The position numbers were made by a program, and so were the translations under genes. Shown one piece after another: positions 48,801 through 52,433 of a DNA stretch of 52,433 bases. Origin of the DNA: Octopus bimaculoides (Eukaryota); assembly GCF_001194135.2 (NCBI RefSeq), contig NC_068982.1:142829322-142881754 (forward strand), written 5' to 3'. The notes under the pieces were generated by a model. The model had not been told where the DNA came from, did not search any database, and saw nothing but the letters and a program-made list of their open reading frames with translations. The stretch's first letter is position 1, and every line of letters starts with the position of its first letter.

Positions 48801-49436
48801 TGTGACTGTGGAGCACCACATTTAGTCGAGCAAATATACACACTTATATATTTATATATATATATAAACTGGCAATATGGCCATCCCCAAGTACAACAAT
48901 ATATATATATATATATATATANNNNNNNNNNNNNNNNNNNNNNNNNNNNNNNNNNNNNNNNNNNNNNNNNNNNNNNNNNNNNNNNNNNNNNNNNNNNNNN
49001 NNNNNNNNNNNNNNNNNNNNNNNNNNNNNNNNNNNNNNNNNNNNNNNNNNNNNNNNNNNNNNNNNNNNNNNNNNNNNNNNNNNNNNNNNNNNNNNNNNNN
49101 NNNNNNNNNNNNNNNNNNNNNNNNNNNNNNNNNNNNNNNNNNNNNNNNNNNNNNNNNNNNNNNNNNNNNNNNNNNNNNNNNNNNNNNNNNNNNNNNNNNN
49201 NNNNNNNNNNNNNNNNNNNNNNNNNNNNNNNNNNNNNNNNNNNNNNNNNNNNNNNNNNNNNNNNNNNNNNNNAAAGGGAAAGATGGAAGGTGGAAAAATT
49301 CCCAACAACCCAACTGCGGTAATATTTCTGAAGTGACTGGAAGTGGAAGGAGGAAGAGGAAGTATTATCTGGGACAACAGAGTGTGAAGATGGTTGATAT
49401 GTGTGTGCGTGTGTGTGTGTGCGTGTGTGTGTCTGT

Positions 49437-49473
<37 letters not shown>

Positions 49474-49898
49474 GCAGCATGTGTATATATGGTAGCATGT
49501 GAGAGACAGTAACTGTGCGTGCGTGTGGTGGTAACTGTGGTATGTGTGTTATATGTGTCGTAGCCTGTGCCAGTGTGATATTAAATGTGTGTGCATGGTA
49601 TTAACTGTGTGTGTGTGTGTGTGCGTGTGTTGGTGTTTGTTGGAGTCGTCTCCGTGTGTTGTTTCTATCTGCGTTCGTATGTGTGCGGGCATATGTGTGT
49701 GTATGCGTGTGCGTGTATATATATGCGTAAGAGAGAGAGAATGGTGAGTTGGTGTGTGTGCGGGTGCATTGGGGTAGCCAGGGGTGTGGGTAGCATGAGT
49801 GCGGCCGTGCATATGAATGTAACTACATGTGAATCATTGGCTTTTTTTTTCTACCGTCTTCCTTTTCTCTTAGACTTTCGTTCGCCTCCTGTTCTTGC

Positions 49899-49925
49899 CT
49901 GACGATGAACTTTGCTCGAAACGTA
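49899..49925 (+). ncRNA. Minimal type-I hammerhead core, stem I eroded
   Basis: CTGACGA 49899-905, T, GAAC-TTT-GCTC stem II (one mismatch), GAAA 49918-21, palindromic ACGT, GUA triplet. Confidence 0.5.
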
Positions 49926-52029
49926 AAACCACCTTTCTTTCCTTTCCTGCTAAACTTTGCATGTACCACATCATGGAGTTGCTGGTGTTTTCTTGTTGCG
50001 TTTGTTTTTCGTGTTTTCGTGTTTTCGNNNNNNNNNNNNNNNNNNNNNNNNNNNNNNNNNNNNNNNNNNNNNNNNNNNNNNNNNNNNNNNNNNNNNNNNN
50101 NNNNNNNNNNNNNNNNNNNNNNNNNNNNNNNNNNNNNNNNNNNNNNNNNNNNNNNNNNNNNNNNNNNNNNNNNNNNNNNNNNNNNNNNNNNNNNNNNNNN
50201 NNNNNNNNNNNNNNNNNNNNNNNNNNNNNNNNNNNNNNNNNNNNNNNNNNNNNNNNNNNNNNNNNNNNNNNNNNNNNNNNNNNNNNNNNNNNNNNNNNNN
50301 NNNNNNNNNNNNNNNNNNNNNNNNNNNNNNNNNNNNNNNNNNNNNNNNNNNNNATATATGCATACATACACAGTTACATCTCTTGTATGCAGCTATTCCT
50401 ATCTCATTCTATTTTCAGATATGCTATAAGGATGCACTTTGTCAAATTTTCGCTTGTTTTCTTGTTTTTGTTGGTTTTGTTTGCTTCTTGTTTTGTTTGT
50501 TTTATAGTTTTGTTTTTTGAGGGTCCTGGGTGGGGATCAGATTGTACATTCTCTTTTGAAAATAGTTGGTTTGCTATGATTAAATGGTCAATATAGTCTC
50601 TTTCTTTCGTTCAACTAGAATTTCATTCCGAGGTTTGCTAGAAGGAAAATATTGCAAAACCCAGTGGGAATCATGTTCTGGATGTAAAGGGAGATAACTC
50701 AATATTAAAAGATTTTTTTTTAAAGTTCGCTACTATAATGTTTCACCAATGCATTGGCCTAAAGGGCAAAGATAAAGATAATTATCTCCAATATATATTA
50801 GATTCCGAATAAACTTGAAATTGCTAACACTATGCTTCATACCTTTCGCAATATCTCTGTGGAGATTTGATTTTATTATCAATGTATTTGTATAGATAAT
50901 ATCACTGGCATATAAATCTGTAGACATAGTTTTCCAAGTTTTATTGCATTGACTTGCTTCCCACGATATATTTTGTATATTTTAAAATGAAATAAAAAAT
51001 AACATTATAGACATTCGCAGTAGCATGGGGATTCCTTGTATCCGTAATAAATACACTTTGTGTTATTTTCTCTTCTTTTGTTTCTTTTACAAAGATCACA
51101 AATAAGAATTTCCAATGTATAGTTTTTCACATAAACGCAGATAGGTTTTCTCTTACGAACATAAGGATGAACAAAATATCAATTGAACGTTTGTTTTTGT
51201 TTTTCTTTTATTTTTGTCAGGTTTCAAAGGCGTCTTATCAATATTGATAACTACAATCACTACTTACTTTCTCTTGAGAGATTCTGACTGGCTTGTCTAT
51301 CATTCGAAATCACTTATTTTATGTGTTCCAGTAATATTGACTAGCATAACTGTAATCTAAATAATATCTTGGTTTAAGAGAAAATGTCGGGTAGTCACTC
51401 ACACTGCCAATCATTTCCGAATCATTCTCAATATTCATTCCATTACCATCTGAAGTATATAAGTATATAACATTCTATCGCACATCACCTAAAATACGAT
51501 CAATCGCAGCTAAAGCGACACAAGTCAAAGCTGAGTTATTATTGTTTCCACGTTACTTAAGATTATAAAACTCTTCATTCCGATGTATCAGACACATCTA
51601 CGAACTTAACTTAGATAATTTACTTTTGGCAAAAGGTAACTAGATTGTTACAGAACAGTAAATAAATATCTTGATGAAATGCCAACCTAAACTAATGCAT
51701 TACTACGTTTATTATCTTGTCCGACCATTTTACATATCTATCTATCTATCTATCTATATATATANNNNNNNNNNNNNNNNNNNNNNNNNNNNNNNNNNNN
51801 NNNNNNNNNNNNNNNNNNNNNNNNNNNNNNNNNNNNNNNNNNNNNNNNNNNNNNNNNNNNNNNNNNNNNNNNNNNNNNNNNNNNNNNNNNNNNNNNNNNN
51901 NNNNNNNNNNNNNNNNNNNNNNNNNNNNNNNNNNNNNNNNNNNNNNNNNNNNNNNACACAGACACATATATATATATATATATATATATGTATTTATGTA
52001 TGTATGTTTCTTGGTTTGTTTCTTTTATT

Positions 52030-52300
52030 TATTTTATGGGATTCAGCGAGAGAGGTGGAGGCCATGCTGGTGCACCAGTTTACTGCATCCGGGGATTTTT
52101 GTTGTAATGCTTCTGGTGAAGTAGCAAGCTGGACGTTGCCGCTCTTCTTTGTGCCTCCTGCCGCGAATTCGGTTCTTCCGGTATTACAGACAAAAAGATG
52201 TCTAGACGTTTTTGAAGACTTCCATGTCCACACCTTACAGATCCCTGACGTTCTGTGGTAGGGAATTAAAAAGATGTGGTCCCTTGAATCCCAAGCTATT
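52030..52300 (-). mobile_element. CR1-group LINE 3' end (separate copy) with (AAAT)n-like tail
   Basis: Minus strand: NSLGFKGPHLFNSLPQNVRDL*GVDMEVFK then, after a shift, LDIFLSVIPEEP, matching the typical ..WN.LP...FK..LD.. C-terminus of CR1-type ORF2. Confidence 0.75.
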
Positions 52301-52402
52301 AATATAATATAATATAATATAAGATATAAATCAGATATACATTATATATAGAAGATATATATATAATATATATAGGATATATATATATATATAATATATG
52401 TA

Positions 52403-52433
<31 letters not shown>

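Larger units (their letters stand above)
1045..51955. other. Assembly gaps (15 N-runs: 1045-2035, 3514-4349, 6456-6465, 7147-7746, 9131-9164, 18508-18528, 24563-24627, 30512-30521, 32129-32185, 42298-43270, 43945-44083, 46499-47170, 48922-49272, 50028-50353, 51765-51955)
   Basis: Direct. Almost every gap is bordered on at least one side by (TA)n, (CA)n, (CT)n or (GATA)n, typical of short-read assembly failure at microsatellites. Confidence 0.97.

Noticed and set aside
995-52124. Long ORF-track entries rich in X, YI, CV, HT, RE or SL repeats
   Set aside because: They are translations of N-runs and di- or tetranucleotide microsatellites, not proteins.
1-52433. CRISPR arrays, operons or other prokaryotic systems
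   Set aside because: No regularly spaced repeat-spacer array and no gene-dense region; composition is animal repeat-rich DNA.

Overview
AT-rich animal genomic DNA from a gappy draft assembly: 15 N-runs totalling about 5.3 kb, nearly all abutting a simple repeat. The repeat complement (tRNA-headed SINEs with internal (TA)n(TG)n, Penelope-like, CR1, RTE and mariner relics) points to a cephalopod, probably Octopus; that is an inference, not a database result. I cannot confidently identify an intact host gene, RNA gene or CRISPR array, and most ORF-track entries are artefacts of N-runs and microsatellites. Recognisable elements: a decayed Penelope/Poseidon-type retroelement (RT + GIY-YIG, 25.4-27.5 kb, minus), two CR1-like LINE fragments, an RTE 3' fragment, an R4/Dong-like 3' tip in a (TAA)n tract, a mariner transposase pseudogene, an internally deleted rosa/maT-type element, a Tc1/mariner MITE, a Helentron-like mini-element and about 20 SINE copies of three families. 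The most interesting theme is a set of unrelated minimal type-I hammerhead ribozyme motifs with palindromic stem III. One lies in the Penelope 3' repeat directly behind a tRNA-Ser-like Pol III head, and another is embedded in a 42-bp inverted repeat. Also notable are a ~1-kb fold-back element, a near-perfect 156-bp inverted duplication and a possible post-SET terminal exon. All alignments and folds were done by eye and need computational confirmation.
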